Of a stretch of 64,000 nt of DNA, positions 17,910-27,137 are shown piece after piece (the first letter of the stretch is position 1; every line of letters starts with the position of its first letter). Source of the stretch: Puia sp. (GTDB lineage Bacteria > Bacteroidota > Bacteroidia > Chitinophagales > Chitinophagaceae); NCBI RefSeq assembly GCF_036500295.1, contig NZ_DASYCH010000075.1, forward strand, positions 3,458 through 67,457, written 5' to 3'. The notes below the pieces were generated by a model that had not been told where the DNA came from, did not search any database, and was given only the letters and a program-made list of their open reading frames with translations. Position numbers and translations under genes: made by a program.

Positions 17910-19067
17910 ATGAACAGAAAACTAAGAATGGGAATGATCGGCGGCGGAAAGAACGCCTTCATAGGTGCCGTTCATCGCATTGCGGCCAATATGGACGGAC
18001 TCATCGAGCTGGTTTGCGGAGCCTTTAGCAGCCATCCCGATAACGCACGCGCGTCCGGAAGAGACCTCTTCCTCCCGGAAGACCGCATCTATCTCTCCTA
18101 CGAAGAGATGATGGACAGGGAAAGCAAGCTCCCCGCGGATAAAAGGATGGACTTCGTAGTCATCGTAACGCCCAACCATCTGCACTTCGCCCCGGCGATG
18201 CTCGCCCTCGAAAAAGGTTTTCATGTAGTGCTCGACAAACCGATGACGTTTTCGCTCGACGAGGCAAAACAACTAAAGAAAAAAGTGGAAGACACCGGTC
18301 TTCTCCTCTGTCTGACCCATACCTATTCCGGCTATCCCATGGTCAAACAGGCCCGCCAGATGATAAAGGAAGGGGTCTTCGGAAAGATCAGAAAGGTCTA
18401 CGTCGAATACCCCCAGGGCTGGCTCAGCCGGCTCTCCGAAAAGGACGGTAGCAAACAGGCCGAATGGCGCACCGACCCGAAACGCTCCGGCAAAAGCGGC
18501 GCCATGGGCGACATCGGAACACACGCCGCCCACCTCGCCGAATATATCAGCGGTTTGAAAATAAGCCAGCTCTGCGCCGATCTCAACATCATGGTCCCGG
18601 GCCGCGCCCTCGATGACGACGGCGGCGTACTCCTGCGCTTCGACAACGGCGCCACTGGCGTCCTCTTCGCCTCACAGGTCGCAGCCGGCGAAGAGAACGC
18701 ACTGAAGATCCGCATCTACGGCGAGAACGGCGGCATCGAATGGGCACAGCAGGAACCCAACACCCTGTTGGTAAAATGGCTCGACCAGCCCACACAGGTC
18801 TATCGCGCCGGCATGGGCTACCTCGGCTCCTATGCCAAATTCAATACCCGGACCCCCGGCGGGCATCCCGAAGGCTATCTCGAAGCATTCGGCAATCTCT
18901 ACCGCAATTTTGCCGTCACCCTCATGGCCCGCATCGACGGCGCCACCCCGCCAAAAGAAGCCCTCGACTTCCCCTCGGCGGAAGACGGGGTTCGCGGCAT
19001 GGCCTTTATCGACAACCTCATCCGCAGCAACGAAAGCAAGGAGAAATGGACACCATTCACCATCTGA
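17910..19067 (+). CDS. Gfo/Idh/MocA family NAD(P) oxidoreductase (cytoplasmic)
   Basis: GMIGGG Rossmann start, IVTPNHLH, LDKPMT, GAMGDIGTH. Confidence 0.9.
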   Translation: MNRKLRMGMIGGGKNAFIGAVHRIAANMDGLIELVCGAFSSHPDNARASGRDLFLPEDRIYLSYEEMMDRESKLPADKRMDFVVIVTPNHLHFAPAMLALEKGFHVVLDKPMTFSLDEAKQLKKKVEDTGLLLCLTHTYSGYPMVKQARQMIKEGVFGKIRKVYVEYPQGWLSRLSEKDGSKQAEWRTDPKRSGKSGAMGDIGTHAAHLAEYISGLKISQLCADLNIMVPGRALDDDGGVLLRFDNGATGVLFASQVAAGEENALKIRIYGENGGIEWAQQEPNTLLVKWLDQPTQVYRAGMGYLGSYAKFNTRTPGGHPEGYLEAFGNLYRNFAVTLMARIDGATPPKEALDFPSAEDGVRGMAFIDNLIRSNESKEKWTPFTI

Positions 19068-19100
19068 TAAACACAATGCTTCTCAAAAAATAATTGTCAT

Positions 19101-20156
19101 ATGCAAACATTAAAAGGACCCGGCATCTTCCTCGCCCAGTTCATGGGTGACCAGCCCCCCTTCAACTCCCTCGCCTCCATCTGCAAATGGGCGGCTTCTC
19201 TCGGCTACATCGGCGTTCAGATCCCCTCCTGGGATAGCCGCCTTATCGATCTGCAAAAGGCCGCAGAAAGCAAAACCTACGCCGACGAGATAAAAGGGAT
19301 CGTACAAAACGCCGGTCTACAGATTACCGAACTGTCCACCCACCTCCAGGGACAACTCGTAGCCGTCCACCCCGCATATGACAGTCTCTTTGACGGCTTC
19401 GCCCCCGCCACCGTACATGGCAACCCGAAAGCCCGCCAGGAATGGGCCGTCCAGCAATTGAGATACGCGGCAAAAGCTTCGCAGAATCTCGGCCTCAATG
19501 CCCATGCAACGTTCAGCGGCGCCCTTCTCTGGCCCACGGTATATCCCTGGCCCCAGCGCCCCGCCGGTCTCGTGGAAACAGGCTTCAAAGAACTGGCGGC
19601 CCGCTGGCTGCCCATCCTCGACGAGTTCGATCGGCACGGCGTCGATCTCTGCTACGAGATCCATCCCGGCGAAGACCTCCACGACGGGATCACCTACGAG
19701 ATATTTCTTAAACATACCAACAACCACCCCCGCGCCTGCCTGCTCTACGATCCCTCGCATTTCGTCCTGCAATGCCTCAACTACCTGGAATATATCGACC
19801 ACTACCACGAACGGATCCGCATGTTCCACGTAAAGGACGCAGAGTTCAACCCCACCGGTAAACAGGGCGTCTACGGCGGCTACCAGGGATGGGTCGAACG
19901 CGCAGGCCGCTTCCGCTCCCTCGGCGACGGCCAGGTCGACTTCAAAGGTATCTTCAGCAAACTGACGCAATACAACTATAAAGGCTGGGCCGTACTGGAA
20001 TGGGAATGCGCCCTCAAACACCCGGAAGACGGCGCAAAAGAAGGCGCACCATTCATAAAAGAACACATCATCCGGGTCACCGAAAAAGCCTTCGACGACT
20101 TCGCCGGCACCGGCAGCGACGAAAAATTTAACCGTTCTGTGCTCGGGTTGAAATAA
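19101..20156 (+). CDS. Sugar phosphate isomerase/epimerase family TIM barrel protein (cytoplasmic)
   Basis: YEIHPGEDLHDG, LYDPSHF, FHVKDAE, VLEWEC metal ligands. Confidence 0.9.
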   Translation: MQTLKGPGIFLAQFMGDQPPFNSLASICKWAASLGYIGVQIPSWDSRLIDLQKAAESKTYADEIKGIVQNAGLQITELSTHLQGQLVAVHPAYDSLFDGFAPATVHGNPKARQEWAVQQLRYAAKASQNLGLNAHATFSGALLWPTVYPWPQRPAGLVETGFKELAARWLPILDEFDRHGVDLCYEIHPGEDLHDGITYEIFLKHTNNHPRACLLYDPSHFVLQCLNYLEYIDHYHERIRMFHVKDAEFNPTGKQGVYGGYQGWVERAGRFRSLGDGQVDFKGIFSKLTQYNYKGWAVLEWECALKHPEDGAKEGAPFIKEHIIRVTEKAFDDFAGTGSDEKFNRSVLGLK

Positions 20157-20192
20157 ACCTGCCTAACTTCGGCTCACCAAAGAAACTAAATC

Positions 20193-20603
20193 ATGACTAA
20201 ACAGCTAGTAGCCGCCCTCTCCTGCGCCATCCTCATGGCCGCCTGCGGCGGTTCAGGAGACAAGAAAGCAAGTGATGCAACGGCAAAAGACAGCGCCACC
20301 ACGCCCTCCAGTTCGACAACCACAAACGCGGCCGCGGATAAAGCCCTCGATCTCATCGGCGCCAGCGACTGCACCACCTGCCATCGGCTGAACAAGAATG
20401 TCGGCGGCGCATCCATCGGCCCGGCCTATAGCGACGTCGCAGCAAAATACAACCCCGCGGCAGATTCCACCGTCGACCGGCTCGTAAAAAAAGTCATCAC
20501 AGGCGGCAGCGGCATCTGGGGCACCGTTCCCATGACCCCGCACCCAACCCTGAAACCGGAAGATGTAAAGACCATGGTTACCTACATCCTGACCTTAAAA
20601 TAA
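20193..20603 (+). CDS. Class I cytochrome c lipoprotein (c551/c552-like)
   Basis: Lipobox LMAAC; CTTCH; GSGIWGTVPMTPH with axial Met. Confidence 0.9.
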   Translation: MTKQLVAALSCAILMAACGGSGDKKASDATAKDSATTPSSSTTTNAAADKALDLIGASDCTTCHRLNKNVGGASIGPAYSDVAAKYNPAADSTVDRLVKKVITGGSGIWGTVPMTPHPTLKPEDVKTMVTYILTLK

Positions 20604-20631
20604 TAGTCGAAAAAACAACAGGTTCACCGAT

Positions 20632-21390
20632 ATGAAAAGATTAGCACGTCACAGGCTTGGCATTCTCCTGCTCGGCCTCACCATCTGCACCATCGTCTGC
20701 AGCTACTGCGACCGCTCCCACTCCGACCGCTTTGCCAAACCGAGCGTGCTCATCTTTTGCAAGACCAATGGCTATCATCACGCCAGCATCAGCACCGGCA
20801 TCGCCGCCATCACTAAACTGGGACAGGAAAATGGCTTTGCCGTCGACAGCACCACCGACTCAACGCGGTTCCGGGAAAAGAACCTGAAAAAATACAAGAC
20901 ACTCATCTTCCTCAGCCCCACCGGCACCGTATTCGGCCCCGAAGAAGAAAAAGCCCTCCAGGCCTATATCCACCAGGGCGGCGGATTCGTCGGCATCCAC
21001 GCCGCCGCGGACTGCGAATACAACTGGCAATGGTATGGAGATCTGGTAGGCGGCTACTTCAAGTCCCACCCCCGCCCACAGGAAGCAAAATTCATCATCG
21101 TCGACAAAGACCACCCCGCTACACAGGGATTACCCAACCCCTGGACGCATTTCGACGAACTGTACAACTACAAGTATTATGCGCCGGACATCAAGGTCCT
21201 CATAAAGATCGACGAGACTTCCTATAGCGGCGGCGAGAACGGCGAAAACCATCCCATGGCCTGGTATCACCCCTTCGAAGGCGGCAGATCCTTCTATACC
21301 GCATTGGGCCACACCGACGAAGCCTGGTCTGACCCGATGTTCCTGCACCATGTGCTGGGCGGCATCCAATATGCAATGGGGAAAAAATAG
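20632..21390 (+). CDS. ThuA-like (trehalose utilisation) domain protein, exported
   Basis: Signal peptide; FCKTNGYHHASI, GGGFVGIHAA, GRSFYTALGH. Confidence 0.85.
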   Translation: MKRLARHRLGILLLGLTICTIVCSYCDRSHSDRFAKPSVLIFCKTNGYHHASISTGIAAITKLGQENGFAVDSTTDSTRFREKNLKKYKTLIFLSPTGTVFGPEEEKALQAYIHQGGGFVGIHAAADCEYNWQWYGDLVGGYFKSHPRPQEAKFIIVDKDHPATQGLPNPWTHFDELYNYKYYAPDIKVLIKIDETSYSGGENGENHPMAWYHPFEGGRSFYTALGHTDEAWSDPMFLHHVLGGIQYAMGKK

Positions 21391-22242
21391 CTAAAATCTC
21401 TTCACATAAGAGAGCCCGAACGACCCGTTATTGTAGGTCGGCATGACCACATTCACCACCTCGGGGTTCTTATTCTTGCCAAACAGCTGCTGCACCTTGG
21501 GATACAGCCAATAGGCGATTCGCGTAGACGCAATACCCACACCCGCACCCGCTATCACATCACTCATCCAGTGCTTGTCATTGTACATCCTTAACATCCC
21601 CGTGGCCGTCGCCATCGCATAACCCGCGATACCATACCAGGGCGAGACATCCTTGTACTCCAACCGCATGAACTCCGCCCCCACAAATGCCTCCGCCGTG
21701 TGCCCCGACGGAAACGAAGCCCGATCCGACCCATCAGGCCGCATCTCATGCGACCAGCCCTTCACCGAGAAAACCGTTCCGTTTGCAATAACATTCGCCA
21801 TCAGCAGGATGATCGTCCTGTCCTTGAAATTATGCGCTCCATGAATACCCGCCGCATTCAACGCATACACCGATAAGGTAGGCGCAAACATCAGATAATT
21901 ATCCAGGTGAAAAGGCTTGTGTGGATTGTCCTCCCAGACCTGTTCCTTCACCTCCCCGTTCACCTTTTGCAACGTTCCGTTATGCACCGCCGTCGCGCCA
22001 TACGCGATCATCGCCGCAGGCAGAAAAAGACTATGAAAGGGAAAGGGCTGTTTGTACGTGGCCGCCAGATGCCAGTCGATCTTATGGGGCACCGTGTCGC
22101 GCGCCGATCCCCAGGTCGGGGTAATGCTCACTTCCTTGATCGTATCCGGGACGACTGACCCTTCATTCTCTCTTAAATTCTGTGCCGACGCCAATTGGCA
22201 CACCCAGGTCAGGCATACTGCTACGGTTACGAGTTTAATCAT
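21391..22242 (-). CDS. PAP2 family phosphatase
   Basis: KxxxxxxRP (KGWSHEMRP), SFPSGHT, RMYNDKHWMSDV; start taken at MIKLVTV. Confidence 0.88.
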   Translation of the reverse strand: MIKLVTVAVCLTWVCQLASAQNLRENEGSVVPDTIKEVSITPTWGSARDTVPHKIDWHLAATYKQPFPFHSLFLPAAMIAYGATAVHNGTLQKVNGEVKEQVWEDNPHKPFHLDNYLMFAPTLSVYALNAAGIHGAHNFKDRTIILLMANVIANGTVFSVKGWSHEMRPDGSDRASFPSGHTAEAFVGAEFMRLEYKDVSPWYGIAGYAMATATGMLRMYNDKHWMSDVIAGAGVGIASTRIAYWLYPKVQQLFGKNKNPEVVNVVMPTYNNGSFGLSYVKRF

Positions 22243-22503
22243 AGTGATGTATTCTTTAATGTTTAGTTTTGAACGGCATTCCATGTCTCGGGGAACTTGG
22301 CTATCCCTGCACCTCTCTTCAACGACAAAAATCAAAAGAAATTTTGGAAAATCCGGGCAAAAGGGTGCTTTTGCGACACCGCGCGCACGGAATTAACACC
22401 GATTTTGGTTAAGAAACTTAACAGAAAATCGTTTTAGCTAGCCTTTCTGTAAACATACTGGCGACATTCTGAAGCCATCGGCCTTTGAATGCACCCATCA
22501 TCC

Positions 22504-23835
22504 CTATATCGTCGGCAACTTATAACCGTTGTGATATTCCTTCATTAGGTATTGCTGATTGACCCCCTCATCGGTGAACTTCCCCGCCGCCTTGTCCCAG
22601 GCAAGCCGCTGCCCGCTGCGCAGACTGATATTTCCCATCTGGGCAACCGTAGCCACCAGCGAACCATCCTCGATCGAACAATGCAGTTCCTCCATCTTAC
22701 GGTTACGCACAACGCCAATGAAATTAGCCATATGATTGTCCAGGCCGTTGTCGGATGACTTCACAAAAGGCTTGCTCACCTTGTTCTTGCTTTGCCGTTC
22801 TTCGATCACCTCCCATCCGCCCCGGCTAAGCACCAGCGTACCGTTATTGCCGATATACGCGATGCCGTGATCCCGGCCATAACTGCCGTTGTCGATGCCC
22901 ATCGCATGGTCCCACACCAGGTTAAACCCATCAAACTCATAAAGGGTCGTCAGCGTATCCGGCGTTTCTTCATACAGGTCGGGATAAGCGAATTTGCCTC
23001 CCAGCGCCGCGATCGTCTTCGGATATTGCGCCTTCATCCCCAACAACCCATAATCCAGCAGATGCACACCCCAATCCGTCATCAGGCCGCCGGCATAGTC
23101 CCAAAACCAACGGAAGTTGAAATGGAACCGGCTCGCATTGAACGTCCTCGTAGGCGCCGGGCCCAGCCACATCGCATAGTCCACGCCCGCGGGCGGCGCC
23201 GTATCCGGCACGACCGGTCCGGGTTTCATCCAACCCTGATAACACCATACTTTCACCGTCCGGATATTCCCCAGCTGTCCCGACTGTACAAAATCCACCG
23301 CATCCTTGAAATGCTGCTGGCTGCGTTGCCACTGCCCGCCTTGCACCACCCTGTTGTATTTCTTCTGCGCAGCCATCATCGCCCGGCATTCCCCAATGGA
23401 ATTGCCAACCGGCTTCTCCACATAGACATCCTTGCCCGCCATACAGGCCTCCATCATGATCAGGGCATGCCAATGATCGGGCGTACCGATGATCACCACG
23501 TCGATATCCTTTTGCTCCAACAGCTTCCGGTAGTCCCCATAGGTCTTGATCTTACCCGTATCCACCTTCTTGGACTCCAGTTCCTTCATCCGCTTGTCAA
23601 GGACGTTCCTGTCGACATCACAAAGCGCCACGACATTGACACCCGGCAACTTGATCGCAGCCGAAAGATCGGCCCAACCCATGCCGTTCAGGCCAATCGC
23701 CCCGACATTGATCTGGTCGGAAGGTGAAACACCGCTAAAAGAAGAAAAAGGATGGGAACTAAAAGCCGAAAGAAGGATCGCTCCACCCGCGAGGGCCGAG
23801 CCTTGCTGAAGAAAAGTACGCCGGGAATTTTTCAT
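22504..23835 (-). CDS. Tat-exported Gfo/Idh/MocA family oxidoreductase
   Basis: NSRRTFLQ twin-arginine leader; GTPDHWH, VYVEKP, DWGVHLLD. Confidence 0.9.
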   Translation of the reverse strand: MKNSRRTFLQQGSALAGGAILLSAFSSHPFSSFSGVSPSDQINVGAIGLNGMGWADLSAAIKLPGVNVVALCDVDRNVLDKRMKELESKKVDTGKIKTYGDYRKLLEQKDIDVVIIGTPDHWHALIMMEACMAGKDVYVEKPVGNSIGECRAMMAAQKKYNRVVQGGQWQRSQQHFKDAVDFVQSGQLGNIRTVKVWCYQGWMKPGPVVPDTAPPAGVDYAMWLGPAPTRTFNASRFHFNFRWFWDYAGGLMTDWGVHLLDYGLLGMKAQYPKTIAALGGKFAYPDLYEETPDTLTTLYEFDGFNLVWDHAMGIDNGSYGRDHGIAYIGNNGTLVLSRGGWEVIEERQSKNKVSKPFVKSSDNGLDNHMANFIGVVRNRKMEELHCSIEDGSLVATVAQMGNISLRSGQRLAWDKAAGKFTDEGVNQQYLMKEYHNGYKLPTI

Positions 23836-23883
23836 ATACAAGCCGCGCAGATTTGCTACGCAGCTTCAATATACAAAAGATTC

Positions 23884-23897
23884 TGCAATCGATTGTA
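23884..23897. promoter_or_regulatory. Candidate LacI-family operator 3
   Basis: Near-perfect palindrome TGCAATCGATTGTA about 50 bp upstream of the Tat-Gfo start; same TGCAATC half-site as 17871 and 17895. Confidence 0.55.
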
Positions 23898-23938
23898 TTT
23901 TGCCGTGACCCCTCTCCCGCAACTCGTCCGGAGGGGTG

Positions 23939-24499
23939 TTATTTCTGTCTCTTCAGGTAGATCACCGATCGGATGTTAGTGACCGCCGCGCCGCTGGTGT
24001 CGAAGCCTTGCGAGGTCAGCGTCAGACTGTCTCCCTTCAGCACATACGTAGAGCCCTGCCCCTTGGACGTGGAATCCAACGCCGCGAGGATCCCGCCGCT
24101 GGGGAAGTAAAGCGAGTCGCTGCCGACCATCGTATATTTGGCGGAAACCGATGTGGGCGGTATCGTGTAACTCAGCGCCTGCTTGACGGAGTCATACACC
24201 ACACTGTTAAAGGAAAAGTAGGTTGTAAAAGAAGTATCTACCGTATATCCAAGGCCGGAAACGGCCATCGAATCCGTGTTGAAACTTATCGTACCGACAT
24301 TGCTCTTGGTAACAAAAGAGGCGGATGTAACAACCCGGACCCCACCGGTCGTATCCGCTGTGGTTTGCGTTTGTGCGCTCATCCCAAGAAAGGCCCAGGT
24401 TCCGCCAAGCCCCTGGGAAGTGAGGGCACCGGATTTCTTACAGGAAACGACGATCAATATACACACAATAGGGACTAGGAAACCGATGGTTTTTCGCAT
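23939..24499 (-). CDS. Hypothetical lipoprotein (beta-rich)
   Basis: MRKTIGFLVPIVCILIVVSC lipobox; no family recognised. Confidence 0.7.
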   Translation of the reverse strand: MRKTIGFLVPIVCILIVVSCKKSGALTSQGLGGTWAFLGMSAQTQTTADTTGGVRVVTSASFVTKSNVGTISFNTDSMAVSGLGYTVDTSFTTYFSFNSVVYDSVKQALSYTIPPTSVSAKYTMVGSDSLYFPSGGILAALDSTSKGQGSTYVLKGDSLTLTSQGFDTSGAAVTNIRSVIYLKRQK

Positions 24500-24614
24500 G
24501 GTACTGGCTTTGACAGCCATAACGAAAAAACAGCCTTTTTAGTGTGATCCAACGCGCCTCCCCGCGGCCCTCAACTGGTCCCTGCGCGCCTCTCAGCCGG
24601 CCTCTGCGTGGCCT

Positions 24615-25271
24615 CTAATGCAGGTTCTTACTCACCAGTGTCTGCGAGAAATCCTCATAGAAAATGTTCTTACCTCCCGTAGTATCCGTCCGCCAGTCTT
24701 CCATTCTCACCGGCCCGACTCCGGGACTGAGATAAGAGACAACTTCTTCCAGTATCGTCGAATGACAGTCCGTGATCACTTCGACATTCTTATATGCTTG
24801 GTATCCATAGATGGAAGCCGGCGCAGCATAGCCATATTGTACCGATGAGATCGGACACGCCGGATTCGAATAGTCCCCGCCGGTACCGACCGCCCCATCC
24901 TGGTTCACCGTCTGAAAGAAAGTATAGGGTTGAAAATACGGTGCATCCGCTTCGTAGACCGCAAAATTGGAAGGATCGACCGCGATAAAGGCGCTATCAA
25001 ACCAGCCATACTGGCCATCCTGAAGACCAAGGAAGATGGTCCCCGAACCCGGATCGGTCCATGTCGTCTTGGTCGCCACCATCGTATCAAGGTACGCCTC
25101 CACCGCGCCGGAATCCGTAAACGCCGAATCCTGGTAGTACCAGGTATTCCCCGCCGTCAATGGAAAAAGTGAATTCGCCCCATAACCCGGATTAGGACCG
25201 GAGGTCTTCTTATGACAGGCAACGGATAACAGGGTAAAGGCAATTAGGATTAAAGCAAAATATCTCTTCAT
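24615..25271 (-). CDS. Hypothetical lipoprotein
   Basis: MKRYFALILIAFTLLSVAC lipobox; FPLTAGNTWYY and YLSPGVGPVR resemble common Bacteroidota lipoprotein motifs. Confidence 0.75.
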   Translation of the reverse strand: MKRYFALILIAFTLLSVACHKKTSGPNPGYGANSLFPLTAGNTWYYQDSAFTDSGAVEAYLDTMVATKTTWTDPGSGTIFLGLQDGQYGWFDSAFIAVDPSNFAVYEADAPYFQPYTFFQTVNQDGAVGTGGDYSNPACPISSVQYGYAAPASIYGYQAYKNVEVITDCHSTILEEVVSYLSPGVGPVRMEDWRTDTTGGKNIFYEDFSQTLVSKNLH

Positions 25272-25303
25272 AACCAGGGATTTCGGCGGCTTGGAACCTC
25301 CGC

Positions 25304-25333
25304 CTTTGTTAAAGTTTATCCGGACTTTGTTAA
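25304..25333. promoter_or_regulatory. 9-bp direct repeat with 12-bp spacer (response-regulator-type site)
   Basis: CTTTGTTAA at 25304-25312 and 25325-25333 in a divergent intergenic region. Confidence 0.4.
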
Positions 25334-25414
25334 CGAATTCCTAAGATTAATACGTGCACAAGGGGTTTTAAGTTGTGTTTTAAGCTAATTTTAATTCAAA
25401 CGATCCTTTCTCAA

Positions 25415-26485
25415 ATGTCAATCCGACTGTTATCCTTTCTGTTCCCTGCGGTCTTTATTTGCAGCACCTCCATCGCCCAGACCGTCTCCGGCGATTATTC
25501 GATCCCCGGCTTCACTTTTCACACGGGTGAAACGACCTTGCCGGTCCTGAAGCTCCACTATGTCACGCTTGGTCAACCGCGAAACAATCAACAGGGTCAG
25601 GTGAGTAACGCCGTTCTCATTCTCCATGGTACAGGCAGCAGAGGCCGTAACTTTCTTACCCCTTCTTTCGCCGGCGTGCTCTTCGGCCCCGGAAAACTGC
25701 TCGATACCAACAAATATTACATTATCCTGCCCGACGGCATCGGCCATGGCGGCTCGAGCAAACCCAGCGATAGTCTTCATATGCGATTCCCCCATTACAA
25801 TTACGATGACATGGTGAAGGCCTGTCATTTGCTGCTCACCCGCCATCTTCATGTCGATCATCTCCGGCTGATCCTCGGCACTTCCATGGGTGCCATGCAC
25901 GCGTGGATGTTCGGCTATACCTATCCGAAATACTGCGACGCCTTGCTTCCGCTGGCAAGCCTTCCCGTCGCCATCGCCGGCCGCAACCGCATGATGCGCA
26001 AACAGGCGATCCGCCTCATCGAAATGGATCCCGCCTGGAAAAATGGCGAGTACAGTGCCGAACCCCTCCAGGGCCTCGCAGGCGCGTCCTCCTCCCTTTT
26101 CTTTATGAACAGCAGCCCGCTGCAACTACAAAAGAAAGCGCCCACCCGCGAAGCAGCCGATCAACTTCTGGCCGCCATGGAGAAGGGGTATCTCTCTTCC
26201 CTCGACGCCAACGATCTCATCTACCAGCTGGATGCCTCCCGCGACTACGACCCCTCCCCCTGGTTATCGAAAATAAAGGCCACCGTCTATGCCATCAACT
26301 CCGCCGACGACCAGATCAACCCGCCCGAACTCGGCATTATGGAGAAAGAGATCAAAAAAGTACCAAAAGGAAAATATATCCTCCTTCCCATCACCGAAAA
26401 AACCGTCGGCCACGGCACCAATTCCCTGCCCGCCATCTGGGGCGAGGATCTCGCCCAGCTCCTCGTCGCCACAAATAAAAACTAG
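25415..26485 (+). CDS. Alpha/beta hydrolase, homoserine O-acetyltransferase (MetX)-like, with signal peptide
   Basis: GTSMG nucleophile elbow, NSADD acid, GHG His; start taken at MSIRLL. Confidence 0.8.
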   Translation: MSIRLLSFLFPAVFICSTSIAQTVSGDYSIPGFTFHTGETTLPVLKLHYVTLGQPRNNQQGQVSNAVLILHGTGSRGRNFLTPSFAGVLFGPGKLLDTNKYYIILPDGIGHGGSSKPSDSLHMRFPHYNYDDMVKACHLLLTRHLHVDHLRLILGTSMGAMHAWMFGYTYPKYCDALLPLASLPVAIAGRNRMMRKQAIRLIEMDPAWKNGEYSAEPLQGLAGASSSLFFMNSSPLQLQKKAPTREAADQLLAAMEKGYLSSLDANDLIYQLDASRDYDPSPWLSKIKATVYAINSADDQINPPELGIMEKEIKKVPKGKYILLPITEKTVGHGTNSLPAIWGEDLAQLLVATNKN

Positions 26486-26500
26486 ATCAAACACCCCCAC

Positions 26501-26941
26501 ATGGAATACCAGCAAACAGAAGACATCCTCACCCAGCCACCCGCATTTAAACTATACAAGGATAGCCATATCGGCATCGCTACCTTCCTGGGCGGCCCCC
26601 TCATCGGCGGCTACCTGGCCGCAGAAAATTTCAACCGCCTCGGCGCCCCGCGCGGCGCACGAAACGCCTGGATCATCGGCATCGTCTCCACCCTCCTCAT
26701 CTTCAGCGCCGTCTTCCTCGTCCCCGGCATCACAAACCTCCCAACCTTCGTGATCCCCCTCCTCTACTCCACCATCACCCGGGTCCTCGTACAAAAATAT
26801 CAGGGCAATGCCCTCCGCGCACACGGCGCCAACGGCGGACAATATTATAACCCCTGGCGCGCCGTCGGGATCAGCCTCATCGGCGCCGCCCTGCTCCTCG
26901 CCGTCCTCATCGGCATCATGTACTATTCCGATGCCTCATAA
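26501..26941 (+). CDS. Hypothetical membrane protein
   Basis: 146 aa, about 4 hydrophobic segments. Confidence 0.7.
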   Translation: MEYQQTEDILTQPPAFKLYKDSHIGIATFLGGPLIGGYLAAENFNRLGAPRGARNAWIIGIVSTLLIFSAVFLVPGITNLPTFVIPLLYSTITRVLVQKYQGNALRAHGANGGQYYNPWRAVGISLIGAALLLAVLIGIMYYSDAS

Positions 26942-27028
26942 AAGAGCCCTCTCAGCCCGCTACCTCAGTCGTACTGGATTAGCTTCGCTGCTCCATGGCC
27001 TCCGGCGGCCCCCTTACCCAAGGCCTCT

Positions 27029-27057
27029 CAGCCCGCTACCGCGGGCTGCGGCTTTTT
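27029..27057 (+). terminator. Terminator-like hairpin after membrane protein gene
   Basis: CAGCCCGC-TACC-GCGGGCTG then CGGCTTTTT. Confidence 0.45.
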
Positions 27058-27100
27058 CACTTGTTCGCGTCCGCAAGCAAGCTTGCTACCGCTCCCAAGC

Positions 27101-27133
27101 AAAAAAGCCGGCCAGACTTATCGTCTGGCCGGC
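27101..27133 (-). terminator. tRNA-Val terminator
   Basis: 11-bp stem GCCGGCCAGAC/GTCTGGCCGGC followed by T-run on the minus strand. Confidence 0.8.
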
Positions 27134-27137
27134 CTTG

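Noticed and set aside
22400-22431. Imperfect inverted repeat CGATTTT-GGTTAAG-AAA-CTTAAC-AG-AAAATCG upstream of the PAP2 gene
   Set aside because: Could be a terminator or a regulator site, but has no second instance and no clear U-tract; cannot be assigned.
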